Below are positions 21,535 to 24,000 of a stretch of DNA of 24,000 nucleotides, piece after piece. The stretch comes from Metamycoplasmataceae bacterium (GTDB lineage Bacteria; Bacillota_I; Bacilli_A; Mycoplasmatales; Metamycoplasmataceae). The DNA lies in assembly GCA_965263245.1 (NCBI GenBank), contig CBDHHR010001146.1, positions 782,244 through 806,243 on the forward strand, in the 5' to 3' direction. Made by a program: the position numbers and the translations under genes. The stretch's first letter is position 1. Each line of letters begins with the position of its first letter. A model generated the notes under the pieces. The model saw nothing but the letters and a program-made list of their open reading frames with translations, had not been told where the DNA came from and made no database searches.

Positions 21535-22858
21535 TTTTCTCCTTTAAGTTATTTTTTTTGATAATTTGTTTCTTGTTTATTTTCGTTTCTTTGGCGTTAA
21601 AGTTATTTATTCCCATTGTTGTTAACCACCAAGAAACAGAGAGTTTTAATATTAATCAAACCACTGAGGAAATTAAGGTCATGTTTACAAGTTCATTTCA
21701 ACTTAATAAATTATTTAAAATGTCATTTGAAACGTTAAATTGTCTAAACACTCATAAAACAATTATTAAGTTAGAACAAATAAAGATAAACGAAGAAAAG
21801 GAAATTGCTTCGTTAAGACTATCGTTACTACTCTTTGAAGTAACGATAAAAGCTAAAATGTTAATAGCAACGATGGTTGCAATAATTGTTCAATCAAAAT
21901 CAATATAAATTTTGTAATAATATTCAAAATAAAGTTTATTAACTGAAACAAACAAAAACGCTCAGGCAATAACCATTTTTAAAATTTTAAAAGAAGAAAG
22001 TTCACTGTTTCTAAGAAGCGAAAATATTATGGAAACTAAAATACAAATTACCGGAATAAATAAGAAAAACCAACTGTATTCATTAAAATTATCAAACTGA
22101 TAATCTTTTGAAAATCAAATCGTAAAAGGCGTAACCCAAATGATAGACACAAGATAATACTTACTAAAATCTTTATTAAAAGTTAGTTTCTTTTTTGTAA
22201 AATTAATCAAAATAAGACCTTTATAAATGAACGTAAATACAAATAAAAAAATTAACGTAATTAAATATGCTGAATCAGAGTAACTATTAATGTTAATTTT
22301 TTTATCTCCACCTAAAATAAAATGTCTTCTAAGAAAAAAATCAAGTAATACCAAAAAAGTAATTACTAATAAATTATTCATAAAATTATTAATGTTTTTT
22401 TTATAAAGAAAAGGTTGAATTTTTCTTTCAGAAAAACCAATAAAAAGATTTCAAAAAGATAATAAACCAATAATCGGAATTACGACATAATATAATGCGT
22501 TGTAAAAATTTATCCATTCTTTTGGTAAAAATTCATCCATTAAAAAAACTAGTATTGACTGGTATGAAATAAAAATTAAAATTAAAAAAATAATTAAGTA
22601 CTTAGATTTAATTCAAACTAAATTGTAATTTAACATTAAAAAAGAAATTAAGTTGATAACAACCATTACAAACATTATTCATGCTATTTTTAAATAATCA
22701 TTTAAATTATCTTTATTAACGTTGTCAATTAATAAGTAAGTTGATAGAAAAATAGTGTAAAAAACAATTAAATATTTAAAAATTTCTCTAAACACAAAGT
22801 TTTTTTGAAAAACACTAGGTTTGTTATTAATTTGAAAAATTAAACTTTTACTTTCCAT
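21527..22858 (-). CDS. F1-like cluster polytopic membrane protein (about 443 aa, ~12 hydrophobic segments); candidate X0 membrane sector
   Basis: Track fragments 22679..22861 and 22115..22381 share one frame. I traced 22508-22681 and 21527-21601 by hand. About 12 hydrophobic stretches of 17-22 aa were counted by eye. ATG 22856-22858 follows AAAGGAGAGG. The TAA at 21527-21529 overlaps the next gene's start by 8 nt. Confidence 0.8.
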
Positions 22859-22890
22859 CACCTCTCCTTTAAAAATATTATTTTAATAAA

Positions 22891-22906
22891 ATTATACTAT
22901 TATACT
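22891..22906 (-). promoter_or_regulatory. Tandemly duplicated -10 element (AGTATAAT AGTATAAT) upstream of the F1-like operon
   Basis: Plus-strand attatact attatact occupies 22891-22906. The proximal TATAAT is 32 nt upstream of the ATG at 22858, in the rpsO-operon spacer. Confidence 0.4.
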
Positions 22907-22959
22907 ATTTCAATAAAAAACAATTGTTTGTTGATAACATAAAATTTTTATAGTTTTTT

Positions 22960-23226
22960 TTATTTTCTTAATTTTAATTTTTTAATAGTTTGTTTATATT
23001 TATCAAAATTTTTAAATTTAAGATAAGTGAGTAGTCTTTTTCTTTTTTCAATTTTAGATATAAATCCTCTTTTTGAATGAAGATCTTTTTTGTTTTTTTC
23101 AAAATGTTTAGAAAGATCATTAATTTCATGAGTTAAAATGGCAATTTGAACACTTGTATCACCAGTGTTTGTTTGACTTCCACCAAATTCTTTTATTATT
23201 TTTGATTTTTGTTCTTTAGTAATCAT
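22960..23226 (-). CDS. rpsO: 30S ribosomal protein S15 (88 aa)
   Basis: Intact track ORF MITKEQKSKIIKEFGGSQTNTGDTSVQIAILTHEINDLSKHFEKNKKDLHSKRGF...RLLTYLK, a typical S15 sequence. True TAA stop. Confidence 0.95.
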   Translation of the reverse strand: MITKEQKSKIIKEFGGSQTNTGDTSVQIAILTHEINDLSKHFEKNKKDLHSKRGFISKIEKRKRLLTYLKFKNFDKYKQTIKKLKLRK

Positions 23227-23356
23227 ATTTTCTCGTTTCTTTCACGATACTCTAGCAAAAATGTTAACAAAATCTTAACCAAAAATATCGAAAATGTACA
23301 TAATACCATTAAATTATATATGATTTATTTTTGAATAATAAATATTTTTTATTTGA

Positions 23357-24000
23357 TTAATAACTAAGTTTTGATAAAAAATTTAAAGAATATTTAATGT
23401 CTTGTTCGGTGATTTTGTCTTTAAAATTATTATTAAAGAATCTTATTTGTTTTACAAATTCTAATGTAGCATTAAAACTTTTGTTATTGGTTAATAATTC
23501 TGGTGTGTATAATTTATTTTTATCTTTATTAATATAAATAATGCATCAATACTTAATTTTATTTACAATAATTCAACCAACATAATTTCCAAATTTAGGT
23601 TTTAAAACATTAATTTTAAATTCGTTTTTATAATCTACATTTACATCCATCGAAAAATAAAAAGGAGACATCTTTTTAACTAAATCAACTTCCCCAAATT
23701 CAATAAAATCTCTTATAAGTTCACTAGAAATTTTATTTTTTTTGTGATGAATATTTTTTACGATTGTAGTTTTAAAATCTTTTTTGAGATCTTTGGCATC
23801 ATAACTTCGATTTTTCCCCATTTTAAAATCTTGTCCAACAATAAATTCATTAACAAAATATTTTTCTTTAAGAATTTTTGCAAATTTTTTTCCACTAAGA
23901 AATTGAATTTTTGAATTAAATTCTAAAACAATCGCCTCATTTACGTTCAAATTAGAAATTTTTTGCAATCTAATTTCTAAAGATTCAATTTCCTTTTTAT
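23357..24000 (-). CDS. ribF: Riboflavin kinase/FMN adenylyltransferase-like protein; 5' end lies beyond the right edge
   Basis: Track ORF 23573..23968 is open upstream to the window edge. It contains FVNEFIVGQDFKMGKNRSYDAKDL and KISSELIRDFIEFGEVDLVKKM, which are RibF-type FxFG and ISST.IR motifs. It continues past a TGA to TAA 23357-23359. ribF-rpsO synteny is conserved. The C-terminal kinase-like part looks degenerate because no GFPTAN-type motif was seen. Confidence 0.7.

Noticed and set aside
22918-22929. Perfect 12-nt palindrome aaacaattgttt after rpsO, as a terminator or operator
   Set aside because: It has no loop, is A/T-dominated and has no flanking T-run. Such palindromes are expected by chance at this base composition.

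Overview
This is a very AT-rich Mollicutes-type (Mycoplasma-like) chromosomal segment that must be read with genetic code 4. ileS, rsmH, the F1 alpha-like gene and most other genes are intact only if in-frame TGA is read as Trp. The supplied standard-code ORF track therefore splits most genes, and I re-joined the fragments by hand translation. Every convincing gene is on the minus strand. In transcription order (right to left) the window holds: ribF (partial); rpsO; a seven-gene F1-like 'X0' ATPase cluster; a second, diverged copy of that cluster's 931-aa gene; rpmF; a ~1 kb gene-poor spacer with degenerate repeats and a frameshifted small plus-strand ORF; the minimal division cluster mraZ-rsmH-ftsA-like-ftsZ with a three-box MraZ-type operator; an APC-type permease preceded by an sORF; ileS; and lspA (partial). 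The ATPase cluster encodes a ~12-TM protein, a long coiled-coil protein, gamma-like and epsilon-like proteins, a 931-aa protein with a C-terminal TM hairpin, and alpha-like and beta-like subunits. It has no a, b, c or delta subunits. The main finding is this cluster and its architecture: the alpha/beta genes are bracketed by ~2.8 kb direct repeats. These repeats are two paralogous 931-aa genes plus a relic of the epsilon-like gene's 3' end that marks the duplication junction. No rRNA, tRNA, CRISPR array, transposase or IS element was seen. All coordinates come from manual frame tracing, and no database search or alignment software was available.
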